Position numbers and translations under genes: made by a program
DNA from: Podospora anserina
Lineage: Eukaryota
Assembly (NCBI GenBank): GCA_017654855.1
Contig: CM030336.1
Span: 1,674,001-1,738,000, forward strand
DNA: 64,000 nt
Direction of reading: 5' to 3'
The notes under the pieces: model-generated
Told to the model about the DNA's origin: nothing
Databases searched by the model: none
What the model saw: the letters and a program-made list of their open reading frames with translations, nothing else
Shown here: positions 1 to 12,879 of the stretch, piece by piece
How positions within the stretch are numbered: the first letter of the stretch is position 1
How the letters are laid out: each line of letters starts with the position of its first letter

Positions 1-588
1 CTTTCTCTACTCGGACGCCGTGACCGCCCTCGTCCGGATCGCGAGAGAGGAAGGCGTCAAAGTGTTTGGGAGGGGGCTGTCTGCCAATATCGTCAGGAGT
101 GTCCTCATGAGTGAGTTGAGCACCCCAGACAATGCCCGCAAGCTGTTTGCTGACCTCGAACAAGACGTGTCCCAGATCGCACCGTAAGCCATCGCCAAGC
201 CCCGTAGCAACCTCCCGCGCTGACGATGCGTGACTACCTTAGATATGCGGCCGCTAAAAAAACTATCCTCACCCGCACCCGGCTGAAAGACGACATCGGA
301 ACACACGCCCTGGCATCTCTCTTCGCCGGAACAGCTGCCACGACAGCGTGCGCACCGGCCGATGTGCTGAAGAGCAGAATCCAAAGCGCTACCAAGGGCT
401 CAACCGTCCTGCAGGTTGCGCGTGACGGCCTGAGGCAAGAAGGGCCAATGTTCCTCATGAAGGGGTGGACGCCAGCCTGGCTCCGCCTGACACCTCACAC
501 CGTCCTCACATTCGTCATCATGGAAAAGCTCTCCGAGCTCGTCAGCATGACGGCAGCCACCCCGGTGCCGGCTCGAGCAACCGCTTGA
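1..588 (+). CDS. Mitochondrial carrier (dicarboxylate carrier DIC1-like), 3' part; introns 111-164 and 184-242
   Basis: Spliced reading ...RSVLMNVSQIAPYAAAKK...; carrier signature PADVLKSRIQ; C-terminal KGWTPAWLRLTPHTVLTF; canonical GT-AG introns with CTGAC branch sites. The 5' end lies outside the window. Confidence 0.85.
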
Positions 589-594
589 CCCGTT

Positions 595-3297
595 TCAAGT
601 ACCAAAGTCCGGTAGGTTTGACCAGTTCAACCAATCCAACGCCGCCGCGTCGTCCCAGGGATACATGTTGAGGGCTGGGTCAAACTCGTTATTGACCCTG
701 CTGAGTGCCTCGACGATTTGATCATCCGACATGGACGAGAACTGGATTGGCTCGGACCAGATGGGCGGTTCCAGGAAGCCGGAAACAACCGGGTTGGGTG
801 GTATGGCGTCCGTCATACTAAAGCTGCCGCGGGCGTGATTGTGGTTATTGGCGTCACTGTGTCTCGCATACGGTGCTGTGGCTTGGTGTTGTTGCGTGGG
901 AGGTTCCGATTGGTGGTGACCGGTCCGGGGGCGAGGGGCGGTCTCGTTTGCTGATAGCGCCGCTTTTTTGACAATGCATCTGAGATATTTTCCGTACAAT
1001 GCCGACATGCCATCTCGATGCTTTGTTGCCGAGCCGATGCGTTCGAGGACCTCTGCTGTTTCCTCAATGAGGGCTCGGACGCTTGGTGCCAGGTTGGAAT
1101 TGCCCGGCAGCTGGCCGCTGAGACGAAGAGCAAAGCACGCGGCGAACGAGATCATGATGGCTGTGTTGTTGGGCATGCTGGACAGTTGGCTCTCGCCCTG
1201 GATTGCAGCTCGCATGACGTTGAGCGCAGATGAGAGGCCGGCCGCATGGAAAAAGTGGCGCACTTCGGTGGGAGCCGTCGGGTGGTTGATGACGCTGCTG
1301 TAGATGGAAAGCCTGGTATGGGTCACCAGGATTTGCACATATGGCGGCAGTCGATGCTCTGCCGCTTGGTCAGCAAACAGCGGTTCTGGGCTGCGCATGA
1401 AACCTTCAGACATACGCGGCCCGGTGCCGATTGAGATGCCCCATTTAGCATGCCATTCGTCAAAGAATTTGTCAACGGTCATTTGGATCCTGCTGCAAGG
1501 TCAGCCATGTGTGTGAGCGGTAACAGTTCGAGAAGGGGCTCACGAGGTGGCAATAATCCCGCCCCCGGTTCTTCCATCCCGAGAGCCATCACAGACCGCC
1601 CTGATAGACGCAAATAAATCATCCTGCGCCTGTCAGCAACAAACCTCGACCATTTCCACGGACACGCCGGATAAGCTCACCAAATCTCTCCTCAGCACCG
1701 CCATGGAAACAAGATGCCCATCCATCGTGTCTGCAATATTTGACAAATGCCACTGGTCACACCCCTTGAGGATGGGCGTGATGGGAACCGTGTAGCACCG
1801 ACCTCTTGCCAAACACATGCCTCTTTCCAAGACGAAAAGGGCAATCCAGCACCGTTCCCTTCTTCTCAGCAGCCGTCTGCCATACTCGCTGTTCGGATCC
1901 ACCTCCGAGAACCCGTCCAGCGAAAGCGCCACCTTGGGGTCGATGCAGTCTGCTCTCGGAACTTGCATCGGCATACTTCCCATGCCTTGGCCGTTTACGC
2001 TCTGTTGTGAGACCAGGATCTTGTGCAGACTGAGATCAAGCGCCATCGTCGTCGCCATGCTGACGTACCAGCAGGTTTCGTCATCGGTGCTGTGTTTCCC
2101 GGGCGCCATCCAGGGGACGTTGACCATGAAGGCAAGGACAATCTCGACGGAGCGGTAACGGTCACGGATGATGCGGTTCACGAGAGCTTGGCAGTGATTC
2201 GAGAGGCGACGGGACAGGGCCGAGGCAGCGGCCATGAAGAGGGCCGAGGCGGCGCATATTGACGTGAAGAGAAAGGCGGACCGGGAACGAGTGAACGATG
2301 CTGTGTACAAGACTGGGTCAAGGCCCCAGCGGGTATGCGCTAGGTTGTGATGGAAACTGTTGACGGTTAGAGCGAGTTGTTGATGTGGGAAAAAAAGGCA
2401 AAACATACAAAGTGAACAGTGCATCGGCCTCCTCCACGGTCATGAGGCCGAGGTCGATGGGGTCCAGATCACTCCCGACATCGAGGCTGAATTGGCTGAG
2501 CTTAAAGAACTTTTCCACTTCCGATGGCTGGTCGGGTTGCTTGGTCTGGCGTGCTCGTTGATGAGAGGCAGCTTCTGCCGGTAGGCTATCGTTCCCAGAC
2601 TTTGGGGACACATGAAGGTCGGATGCGCGCGCAAGAAGTTGGAGCGGGTTCTCAGCATCATCAACAGCAAGACTCTCCTCGACAGCGTGACCCTGGGATG
2701 GGGTCGATCCCTGCGGCGGTACACTCATGCCGTCCTGTTCGGAAGCGCTGCTGTCTCCGGCGTCAGATGAAGCGTCCGGAAGGAGCGTGTCGCTCTGTCT
2801 CGAGTCTCGGCGCGGGTTCGGCTTTCGTCCACCAACCTGGATGGTGTCGCCTGGTGGCATAGACCCTTCCGAGCCCGACCCGAGAAGTACTTTGAGCTCG
2901 GATACAACCTTGGTGGCCTCGATCCCCTGAATGCTGGTCCCTGATCTCCTCACTGCCTGCTCAACCTGGTGCAGTGCCTTCTCCAGTCCAGTTCGCTTGC
3001 TGTTAAGTGGGGGGTTAGCAGCCAGATACTGGGTAAAAAGACAAGACGTTCTCACTTCTTGACCCCTTTGCGACGTCCAACATGGAAATCAGGTCGAACA
3101 CACTGCACCCCCAACTGGAGACAACGTTGACAGCGCTCGTCGTTTGGCATGCGTCCCTTCTCGCACTTGATCTTGCTTCTGCGACACACGAGACATGCAG
3201 CGGCCCGGCGGCTGTTGTGATCCTTGGGCGATTCCCTGACGCTGTCTGTCTTGAGTGCGCCAGCAGCGTCGGGCCGGTCCGTAGAGTCGACATCCAT
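595..3297 (-). CDS. Zn(II)2Cys6 fungal transcription factor with fungal-TF middle homology region; introns about 3000-3055, 2357-2408, 1624-1680, 1490-1543
   Basis: AACLVCRRSKIKCEKGRMPNDERCQRCLQLGVQC binuclear cluster; ENPLQLLARA motif; RRRERCWIALFVLER middle region; splice sites join ORFs 3052-3318, 2318-3055, 1633-2424 and 595-1482. Confidence 0.9.
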
Positions 3298-4950
3298 TCT
3301 CGGGCGCAAGCCGACCAAGGGCGTTTCTACACCTTCAACTCCGGCCTTTTTGTGATCTGTTCCAGGTTGCGGGGAGGCCGGTCAGCCCTGCACCGACCTG
3401 CAAGTGACAAACCCCAGAGTCTCCCGAGTCCCGAAGGTTGGCGTTGGGGTAATAAGTGAGCTGAGTGGCCGCTTGGACGCCGAGCCAGCTGGCCGGCTTC
3501 GCTTGCCAGTGCCAATCGCGGTCGAGTGTGACCCTTCTCCAAGAATTGCCCCCTCTCTTAGCTCCAGGTGTTAGTGTCAGTTTCTTGTCCTCAACGTCAA
3601 TGCCGGCAACGACATATGATGATCCGCGTCCCGGAGCCGGAGTGAGGATGTTGTATGGTAGCGCCTTGAAAGTGTCGTGGTATTTTCAGAATTCTCTTTT
3701 CTTCTTGACAGGTTTGACACATGTTGTCATTGGCAATCGTAAAAAGTCGGGTGAAGGCAGGGTTACATTCCACACTCCCACACTCACAGGCTGTCCTGTC
3801 TGTCGTCTGCCAGTGCCTGTCCTCCACGGCCGCCTGGATGAGGAACCGTTTGTTCATCACCGGACCATTTAACCGTGACTGTTGAGTGCGCCTGTCGGAT
3901 TCTCCCGCCTTGGCGGCTCCCACCTGCCATCCCACCAGACGCCGTATCTTCGGAGAAATTCTGCCTATCTTAGGTACCAAACGTTGGCTTGCTCGGCCAG
4001 CCATCCACACACCCACTTGCCGGCGTTGCGGCTCGAGGGACGCGGACCACGGGCGCCCGAACCCCGCTTGTGCACCAGCCTGTTTATTCCCAGCTGTCGC
4101 CAAGCCAGCGGAAGAGAGGGGTTAGGTTGTTGAGGCAAAAGAGGCAGTCCCAGTGATTGACCTGGTGGTTATGAACAAGCAGCATCGGATGCCGGTATTT
4201 GCTGTTGTTGTTAGCCCACCCATGAGATCCCAATGTGACTCTCGCTGTCCTTGACTGTTACACGATGCAATTATGGCAGACTGTGAGGATGTCCATATCA
4301 GTCAGTTGGGTAGCATGAGGGAACCGAGAGAGGCCGGAGATATGAGCATGTTGGCAAACCCAATACCGGTTGCCACGCTGGTGGAGTTGACGAAACGGGA
4401 GTTGAGCTGCAGGGAGCTGCAGCTACCAGGTCAAGCTCAGGAACCAGCCCGCTACTTGTCGATCTCTAGACATATTTCAGAGACCCCAGATCCCTATCCC
4501 ACTTTGGCCATGTACTGTAAGTGCCATGTCTTCGATCACGATCTCAAACAACAGAAGCCTGGAGCACGATCTACCCACGCTTCGCTTCTGCATCGCCGGG
4601 TCACCCCGCATCGGAAAGTGGTGGACATCAGGGTCGATGAAGGGAGATGGACCCACAATTCCTTGGCCGATGTCCATCCATGCGCTCTTCTCATTGGTCG
4701 ATTGGTGAATCGCCTTGTGAGACCAACGCATCGCCGTTTGTGTGCGATATCAACTTGGCCATGGCCAACTGTTGCATCCATACAAGCCACGCCAGAAAGC
4801 TTGACCTGGGACGATGATGGCAAGAAATAAGAGGAGAGGCTTCGCTGCCGGGACAAATTATGTCATAGGACAAGAAAACGATAAGGGGAAAAAGGACGTA
4901 AAGACCAAAGAAAACACCCAACCTGAAGATCTTCAGCGAAAAGCGTCAAC

Positions 4951-6189
4951 ATGGCGGCATCCAATCATTTCCTCGAGGACAAAAAGATCATTGTGGTAGG
5001 CGGTGGCATCGCTGGATGCGCCTTTGTGGCCGCCCTCCACAAACTCTGGAACCCAAACTGGAGATTACCAGAGATCGTCGTCCTCGAGCGCAACCCAAGA
5101 GATGTTCGACACAACTATTCGATATCCCTACATGGCGACAGCGTCAATGGAGGTCTGGTCGCCTTGCGACAACTCGGCCTCCTCGGTGAAACACTCAGTC
5201 ACTCCATCTTCGGTCTCCGGTCGGGCCAGTTCAAAATGTGGGATGTTAACTGGAAGGAGCTGATGTCAACACAGCCTCGGCCATGGGGGGACTTGCCAAC
5301 GGGGTCCATGAGAATCCAGCGCAGCGATCTTGAACGAATCCTGGTCCGAGAAGCAGAGAGGATAAACGCAACCTTCCATCGGGGTGTTGAATGTACCGGG
5401 GCTGAGCGGTTAGCCAACGGCAGGATCCGAGTCGCGGTGGAGGATGAGGCGGGAGTCAAAGATTACCAGGATTGTGACTTTCTCGTGGTCGCCGACGGCG
5501 CTCAGAGCAGACTCAGGGCTGCTCTCCGGCCCCACGATGACCTCAAGTACGCCGGCGCGGTCCAGATAGGTGGAAGAGCCGAGTTCCCACATGGGATACC
5601 GGAGCCCATCGAGGAGAATTGGGGTATCTTGTTGTCCGGGAAGGGTGTTTGCTGTTACTTCTCGGCCGTCGATAAAGACACTGTCGTGTGGGCACTGAGC
5701 CAACAACGAGCCGAGCCGGATACGCGAACAAGCGTAGCGACGCCCGACAGATTCGCAGCCCTCAAAGAAGAAGCCCTCCGCCTCGGCAGCATGTTCTCGG
5801 AGCCATTCCGCACAATCGTCGAGTCGACCATCCCATCATCAGCCTTTGTGACTGCAGCCATGGAGAAGGAACCATTTCGGCACGACGACCCGAGCCTCGA
5901 AAGAATAGTCTTTATCGGTGATGCCAACCATGCCGTGAGTGCTTTTGCTGGAAACGGAGCCAATCTGGCGTTGAAGGATGGATGGGATCTGGCGGAAAAC
6001 ATCTGTTACCAGTCATCTCTGCACAACGCTGTGGCAGCCTACGACAGACTGGGCTTTGCACGGGCAGCTGAGGCCATCAAGTCGTCTCACCAAAAGATTG
6101 ACTTTGCCCATTGCACAAGCGTCAAGGACTCGCTGTTACGAGCTGGGCTGGCGACTGGACGATGGCTTATGCGCATTAGGGGGATGTGA
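4951..6189 (+). CDS. FAD-dependent monooxygenase (group A flavoprotein hydroxylase)
   Basis: GGGIAG Rossmann motif, ADGAQS (DG motif), IGDANH...GNGANLALKDG (GD motif); single 412-aa ORF. Confidence 0.9.
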   Translation: MAASNHFLEDKKIIVVGGGIAGCAFVAALHKLWNPNWRLPEIVVLERNPRDVRHNYSISLHGDSVNGGLVALRQLGLLGETLSHSIFGLRSGQFKMWDVNWKELMSTQPRPWGDLPTGSMRIQRSDLERILVREAERINATFHRGVECTGAERLANGRIRVAVEDEAGVKDYQDCDFLVVADGAQSRLRAALRPHDDLKYAGAVQIGGRAEFPHGIPEPIEENWGILLSGKGVCCYFSAVDKDTVVWALSQQRAEPDTRTSVATPDRFAALKEEALRLGSMFSEPFRTIVESTIPSSAFVTAAMEKEPFRHDDPSLERIVFIGDANHAVSAFAGNGANLALKDGWDLAENICYQSSLHNAVAAYDRLGFARAAEAIKSSHQKIDFAHCTSVKDSLLRAGLATGRWLMRIRGM

Positions 6190-6765
6190 GGTTCACAGGC
6201 GCAACCTGGAATTGGGTTTGTGGTGGTTGGAGTTGGATTGGAAGAGTCCGGGGGCATCTTTTGTTTTGGTGAACTTGCTTTTTCCGTGTTCATCGCGTCT
6301 TGGCACAATCTTAGGGATGGGGTTGGAGGTTGGATATAGGGTGAATAATTCTGAAAGAGTTTGATGCTTATAGGATGGAATTCCCTCGATGAACAGATGA
6401 TGAGAATCCAGCATATCATGTTTCAAGAAATGCATCACGTTCCTTTCGAAGCTGAACATGGTGCCCGACGAAAGCTTCCAGAGGCAAGAGCGCTGTGCCA
6501 AACGCCCCGCAGTGCCTTTGATAAGATAATGATAATTAGAGGATAGTGGGGCTGGCACTTTGACGCGCGAACGCGCCTTCCCTGGACCTCCTCGCGTCGT
6601 ATCGCGTCCCGCTTAGACTTTCTGGGATGCCAGGGGCCTTTGAACTAGACTTGTCCAATTCAGCGCTGTCTGCTTTCCCCTTCTCTATAGTATTCTTCTC
6701 TTCGTCTGTTGTATTCGACCATCATTCAACCCATCCATCACCCGTCTGTACAACCCGCGGCCAAG

Positions 6766-9700
6766 ATGGGAGACAAGACAGCAGCCCGCACCCCGGCAAA
6801 GACGCCGTCTACAGCTAAGAAACAGGGACAGGCACCGTCAACGGGCAAGCAGCAGAGCATTCTCGGCTTCTTTTCTAAGACACCAGCAAGCAGTGCCAAT
6901 GCTCCCAATTCTTCGCCCTCGGTCAAGCCGACACCTTCCCTCAAGAAAGCCAGCTCCTCGCAATGCCTCCAGGAGACAACCAAGTCCAACTCTGCGCGAC
7001 GACCACCCGATGCTACACCTGTCCCCAGCAGTGACGCCCCTGAGCCGACCAGCTCTCAGGAAAACAGAGACGTCAGCACTGCCAAGGCATGTGTTTTTCT
7101 TTTTTCCTATGCTCTTTCGCACTTCGTGTTGCTGACGCTATGTCCCACAGGTGTCGAAATCGAGGACGACCATGAGGGACACCACGACGCTGCCTAGCAG
7201 CCCTTCCCGAAAGGTCAAAAAAGCCGTCAACTATGCCGAATCATCCGACGAAGAAGACGAGGAGTTCATCGCCTCATTGACATCTCGGAAGAGCCGACAG
7301 CGCCGCCCGCGTGCGGCGGTCATCGACGAGGATGATGAGGACACGTACGAGGCAGGCGCCAATGAAGTTGACGAGGAGGACGGTATGCTGGAACTATCTA
7401 TCCCATTTTCTGGATCAAGGCGCTAATATGGTACAGACGAAATGGAAGACTTTGTAGTCTCGGACGACTCAGATGCTCCATCCAGATCGAAGAAGAGGAA
7501 ACGGCCGGCTGCCAAAACCTCTGCGCCACGGAAGAAGACCACCAACCCATCGCCGCCTCGTTCAGCTGCTCCAGACCTGGACGGTGACGAGCCAATGGAA
7601 GACGTCCCCCCGTCGACGTCCACCGCACAGAAGTGGAAATACGACCCTGACAGCATTGATCATGACGAGCCACAGGAGACGGTCGTCAAGGCCCCTCCAG
7701 CTGCGAAGAAGCCGTCGTCAACACCCAAACCGAAACCGAAAGCCCACACTCAGGAACCCGAGAAGAGATATCCCTGGCTGGCCAACATCCTGGATGGCAA
7801 CAAAAAGCCACCAACCGACCCAGAGTTCGATCCCACGTCCATCTACATCCCACCGGCAGCGGAGAAGCAGTTCTCTGCCTTTGAGAAGCAGTACTGGGAC
7901 ATCAAGAAGAATCTCTGGGATACCGTCGTGTTCTTCAAGAAGGGCAAGTTCTACGAGCTGTACGAAAATGATGCAACCATTGGTCACCAGTTGTTTGATC
8001 TGAAGATGACAGACCGCGTAAACATGCGCATGGTGGGTGTCCCTGAGAGCTCACTCGATATGTGGGTCAACCAGTTCGTCGCGAAAGGCTTCAAGGTCGC
8101 TCGTGTGGACCAGATGGAGTCCGCGCTTGGCAAGGAGATGCGTGAGCGTGACGCAAAGGCCAAGAAGGCGGACAAGATCATCCGACGTGAGCTTGCTTGC
8201 ATCTTGACTGCCGGCACCCTGGTGGACGGCAGCATGCTCCAGGATGATATGGCCACATACTGCGCAGCCATCAAGGAATCTGTTGTGGATGGCAAGCCTT
8301 GCTTTGGCATTGCGTTTGTGGATGCCGCCACTGGTCAGTTTTTAATTTCCGAGTTTGAGGATGATGTCGACCTCACCAAGTTCGAGACCTTTGTTGCCCA
8401 GACATGCCCTCGGGAACTGGTGCTGGAAAAGTCGCGGCTGTCCACCAAGGCGCTCCGCATCCTCAAGAACAACACTGCACCTACTACCATCTGGAACTAT
8501 CTCAAACCCGGCACCGAGTTTTGGGATGCTGAGACGTCGAGGCGGGAACTGGAGTGCAACGGTTACTTCTCCAACGCTGACAACCAGGAGGAAGTCTGGC
8601 CGGAGAAGCTCGAGAAGGTCAAGGAGAAGGACCTCTTGATATCGGCTCTTGGCGGGCTGGTTCATTACCTGCGCTTCCTCAAGCTCGAACGGAGCTTGCT
8701 CTCGCAAGGGAACTTTGAACCATACAATCCAATCCACCGCAACGGCACGCTCATCTTGGACGGCCAGACCCTCATCAACCTCGAGATCTTCTCGAACACG
8801 GCCAACGGTGGCGTGGAAGGAACGCTTTTTAACCTCCTCAACAGGTGTATTACGCCGTTTGGGAAGCGTCTCTTCCGGCAGTGGGTCTGCCACCCGCTCT
8901 GCAACATCCAGAAGATCAACGAACGTCTTGATGCGGTGGACATGCTCAGCAACGACAAGAGTGCGCTTGCCGAGTTCTCGTCCCACATGAGTAAGATGCC
9001 CGACCTGGAGCGATTGATCTCGCGCATCCACGCCGGCTCCTGCAGACCTGAAGACTTTGTCCGTGTGCTCGAGGGCTTTGAGCAGATTGACTACACCATG
9101 AACTTCCTTGGCGCTTTTGGGGGTGGCAATGGGCTGGTGGACCGGCTCATTTCTTGCATGCCCGATCTCAAAGAGCCCCTTGGTTACTGGGAGACGGCCT
9201 TTGACAGGAAGAAGGCTCGCGACAGCAAGGTTCTCATCCCCGAGCGGGGGATCGAGGAGGATTATGACAACAGCGAAGACGAGCTGAACCGCATCAAGGA
9301 AGAGCTGGCTCAGCTGCTCGAGAAGCAAAAGACGGCCTTGAAGTGCAGGCAACTCAAGTTCACCGACGTCGGCAAGGAGGTGTACCAGATTGAAGTGCCC
9401 AAGTCGACCAAGGTGCCTTCGAGTTGGCGCCAGATGTCGGCTACGGCCGCTGTCAAGCGGTACTACTTCCGAGAGCTGGAAAGCCTTGTCCGTGAGCTCC
9501 AGGAAACCGAGGAGACGCACTCCCAGATCGTCAAGGAGGTCGCGTCAAGGTTCTTTAAGAAATTCGACGTTGATTACGAGGTGTGGTTGCAGGCTATTCG
9601 CATCATCTCGCAGCTGGACTGCCTGATGAGCTTGGCCAAGTCGTCTCTTGCCCTCGGCCTTCCCAGTTGCCGTCCGGAGTTTGTTGATGACGAGCGGAGC

Positions 9701-10582
9701 GTCTTGCACTTTGAGGAGCTCCGTCACCCGTGCATGATCAACAGGGTGGACGACTTTATTCCCAACGATATCCACCTCGGCGGCGAGCAGGCCAAGATTA
9801 ACCTTCTTACCGGTGCCAACGCGGCTGGAAAGTCGACTGTTCTTCGAATGGTGAGTTCGTTGCTCAATATTCTTCTCTGCTCGACAGCTAACATTTTCCA
9901 GACTTGCACTGCCGTCATCATGGCCCAGATTGGCTGTTACGTCCCGGCTGTGTCGGCCAAGTTGACGCCTGTCGACCGTATTATGTCTCGTCTCGGCGCC
10001 AACGACAATATTTTTGCCGCCCAAAGCACCTTCTTTGTTGAGCTGTCCGAAACCAAGAAGATTCTGGCCGAGGCTACGTCTCGCTCCCTTGTTATTCTTG
10101 ACGAGCTCGGACGTGGCACCTCTTCGTATGATGGCGTGGCTGTCGCCCAAGCTGTTCTTCACCATGTGGCATCCCACATTGGTTGTGTTGGCTTCTTTGC
10201 TACCCACTACCACAGCCTGGCAACCGAGTTTGAGAACCACCCTGAGATCCGGGCGCGGAGGATGCAGATTCACGTCGACGGTGGGAACCGGCGAGTGACG
10301 TTCTTGTACAAACTGGAGGACGGTGTTGCAGAGGGATCGTTTGGTATGCACTGTGCTGCCATGTGCGGTATTCCCAACAAGGTCATCGAGGAGGCCGAGG
10401 TGGCGGCCAAGGAGTGGGAGCACACCAGCCGGTTGAAGGAAAGCTTGGAGAGGGCCAAGACGGGGTGTTACATCCCTCTCGGAGTGCTGAGCGATGTGGC
10501 AAGCTTGCTCAGGGTTGGTGGTGAGGCAGAAGTGCAGGAGCGGGGGGTGGAGGTGCTGTTGCGAGCCATTGAGGCGCTTTGA
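6766..10582 (+). CDS. MSH6: DNA mismatch repair protein MSH6 (MutS family); introns 7087-7150 (GC-AG), 7383-7436, 9851-9901
   Basis: N-terminal PIP box QQSILGFF; mismatch-binding FFKKGKFYELYE; Walker A TGANAAGKST; STFFVEL; ILDELGRGTS; FATHYH. Confidence 0.95.
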
Positions 10583-11120
10583 GTCTGTCTTTTGTTTGGG
10601 AATGGGGGACTGTCTGGTTTTGCATGGGATTGTTTGATGGGTAAAAGGTACATGTTTATGGCAGGGCAAAGCATGGGATACATCTGAAGAGAATAAGGGT
10701 AATATGAGGTTGTACAGTACACAGTAATAACGTCTTTGTAAACGCATATCGTCGTCGGGTTTCGGGTGTCTCAGATTTATGGTGCACTGCTTATGCAAGC
10801 TGTTGTGCTAGCGACTGTGCCCCCCCACCATCTTGATCCGTTTTATGGGACGCTATCGGATTATTGAATCCCAAACGGTTGTGCCCAGCAATTTTGAGCA
10901 CATTTTTGACAGTGTTTAACTGCTTGTTCCTGGGGTCTATAGGCGCTCACAAGGCTATCATTGTCCATCATTTTGACAGGTGTCCCACCTTCCTTTTCGG
11001 ACAGAGCCTGATATGACTACCGCGCCTAGGTTGCCGTCCCCGAGTCTGGTCGCCGCTGACTGACTGACGGGATCTTTGGCTGCCTAACCCCCCGGCCGAT
11101 CCCGCGGTCCTGCGCCACCT

Positions 11121-11121
11121 T

Positions 11122-11147
<26 letters not shown>
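11121..11147. repeat. (CT)n microsatellite upstream of the cytochrome b561 gene
   Basis: ttctctctctctctctctctctctctc run. Confidence 0.9.
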
Positions 11148-11152
<5 letters not shown>

Positions 11153-11301
11153 TTGTCTCTTACAACTTCAGGCTTGTTTCTTTCCTTCGGCGTCAATCAC
11201 CATGAGTTATTAATCGCCCAGGTACATACACAAAAGACAGACGCGGTGGTCTCTATGCTACATGGTACCGGATCATCAGGCGCGGCCGGCGATTCATCAA
11301 G

Positions 11302-12879
11302 ATGGCCTCCCTCACGCTCGCGTTACTGCTTGCCCTCTTCGCCCTCCTCACCTCTGCCGACCCTTCGGTACCCACACAAAACACCCAGTTCTGCAACTTT
11401 GGGCACCCCACCGGGCATGCCGATTTCTGCTTTGGTCTGTCGGTGAAAAATCACTCGAGCCCGAAGCCAAATCACGACTTTCACAAGGATTTTCACGTCA
11501 GCTTATCGATCCGCCGATCGGGGAAGCTAGGGTGGACGGCTGTTGGGACGGGGCCGACGATGGCGGGGTCGGTGATGGTTGTTGTTTACGGGGATCCGGG
11601 GAGGGGAAGGCCGGCGGTTAGTGTCAGGAGTGTGGATGGGCATCACCTGCCCGGGACTATTGATCATCAGGGTGTCGATGGGGAGGTGAAAGGGGAGTGG
11701 GAGGGGGTTGAACAAGGGGGGGTGGTGAGGGTGATGAGGGCGGAGTGGGTTCTTTTGGGTGGGGGAAAGGAAGGGAGACATGATGATGAGATGGAGGAAT
11801 GGGAAAAGCCGGACGGGCCAGCGACGCATGCCGCACGGGTGGAGGTTGTTTGTGAGAAGTGCGATACTTTTGGGAGTGTGCAGAGCTGGGGTAGTGGGGG
11901 AACAGGGGGGAGTATGCCGTGGATTTGGGCTTGGAATGATCATCAGGATTTTGAACATGATGGGGACGGGTTTGAGGTTGGGGCGAAATTGAAGATGCAT
12001 AGGCATCGTGAGGGGAGTGGGGGGTTTGGGAGGTTTTGGGTTGATATGCGGAGGGCTGCTCTTGAGGGAGGGAGACATGAGTGGGATTTTGAGGAAAAGG
12101 AAGGGAACAGGAGGGTGGGGACGAGTGATGGGCCGATTGGGGTCGGGGCTTGGTTTGACTTTGTGGTGAGGGTTTGGTCGTTGGCGAAGATTCATGGGGT
12201 GGTGATGGCGGTGGGGTTTTTGGGGTTGTTCCCGTTGGGGTTGGTGATGATCAGGATGAATAGTGGGAAGGGGAGGCCGTTTAAGAGGCATTGGAGGGTG
12301 CAGGTTTTGGCCACGACGGTTGCGGTTGTTGGGGCGATGATTGGAGGACGGTTGTCAAAGTGGCATATGCCAAAGACATCACATCAGTGGTTGGGGGTGG
12401 GCATTGTGGTAGGGTTGGTTGTGCAGAGTGTTTTGGGGTGGAGGCACCATGTTGACTTTGTGAGGATCAAGAGACGGACGTGGATTTCTCACGGGCATAT
12501 CTGGCTGGGGAGGTTTTTGGTTGCTGGGGGGTTGGTGAATGTGGTTTTGGGCATGTTGTTGGCTGGCAAGGGTGCAGGGTCGGTTTGGTTGGTCGTCGCG
12601 GTGGGAGTGTTGGAGGCGGCTGGGTTGGGCTACTGGCTATGGAGGGCTGAGAGGCAGAGGAAGCAGGCTGCTGGTGCGGGGGAGGATGGGACGGAGGCTT
12701 TGGCTTTGATGCCGAGGAGTAGCGATGGAGGGGAGAATTATTTTGCATTGGATGAGAGCGAAGAGGAAAGCTCGGATGAGGGTGAGGATGGCAAGATGTC
12801 GGATGAGGAGTCATTGCGGAAGAGATCAGTGGACTCAGCAACTTCGGTGAAGAAGAGTTTGGCGGCAACGAAGGACTAA
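11302..12879 (+). CDS. Secreted/membrane DOMON-type (CDH-cytochrome-like) plus cytochrome b561 domain protein
   Basis: Signal peptide; GWTAVGTGPTMAGS (heme Met) and WIWAWN...KMHRH (heme His); multi-TM region with His ligands IHGVVM, RHWRVQ, SHQWLG, HIWLGR; acidic tail. Confidence 0.8.
   Translation: MASLTLALLLALFALLTSADPSVPTQNTQFCNFGHPTGHADFCFGLSVKNHSSPKPNHDFHKDFHVSLSIRRSGKLGWTAVGTGPTMAGSVMVVVYGDPGRGRPAVSVRSVDGHHLPGTIDHQGVDGEVKGEWEGVEQGGVVRVMRAEWVLLGGGKEGRHDDEMEEWEKPDGPATHAARVEVVCEKCDTFGSVQSWGSGGTGGSMPWIWAWNDHQDFEHDGDGFEVGAKLKMHRHREGSGGFGRFWVDMRRAALEGGRHEWDFEEKEGNRRVGTSDGPIGVGAWFDFVVRVWSLAKIHGVVMAVGFLGLFPLGLVMIRMNSGKGRPFKRHWRVQVLATTVAVVGAMIGGRLSKWHMPKTSHQWLGVGIVVGLVVQSVLGWRHHVDFVRIKRRTWISHGHIWLGRFLVAGGLVNVVLGMLLAGKGAGSVWLVVAVGVLEAAGLGYWLWRAERQRKQAAGAGEDGTEALALMPRSSDGGENYFALDESEEESSDEGEDGKMSDEESLRKRSVDSATSVKKSLAATKD

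Noticed and set aside
4273-4830. 185-aa ORF between the TF and the monooxygenase
   Set aside because: No recognisable motif or codon bias; lies in a divergent promoter region.
8342-10798. Long minus-strand ORFs (392 and 417 aa)
   Set aside because: Antisense shadows of the codon-biased MSH6 CDS; no motifs.
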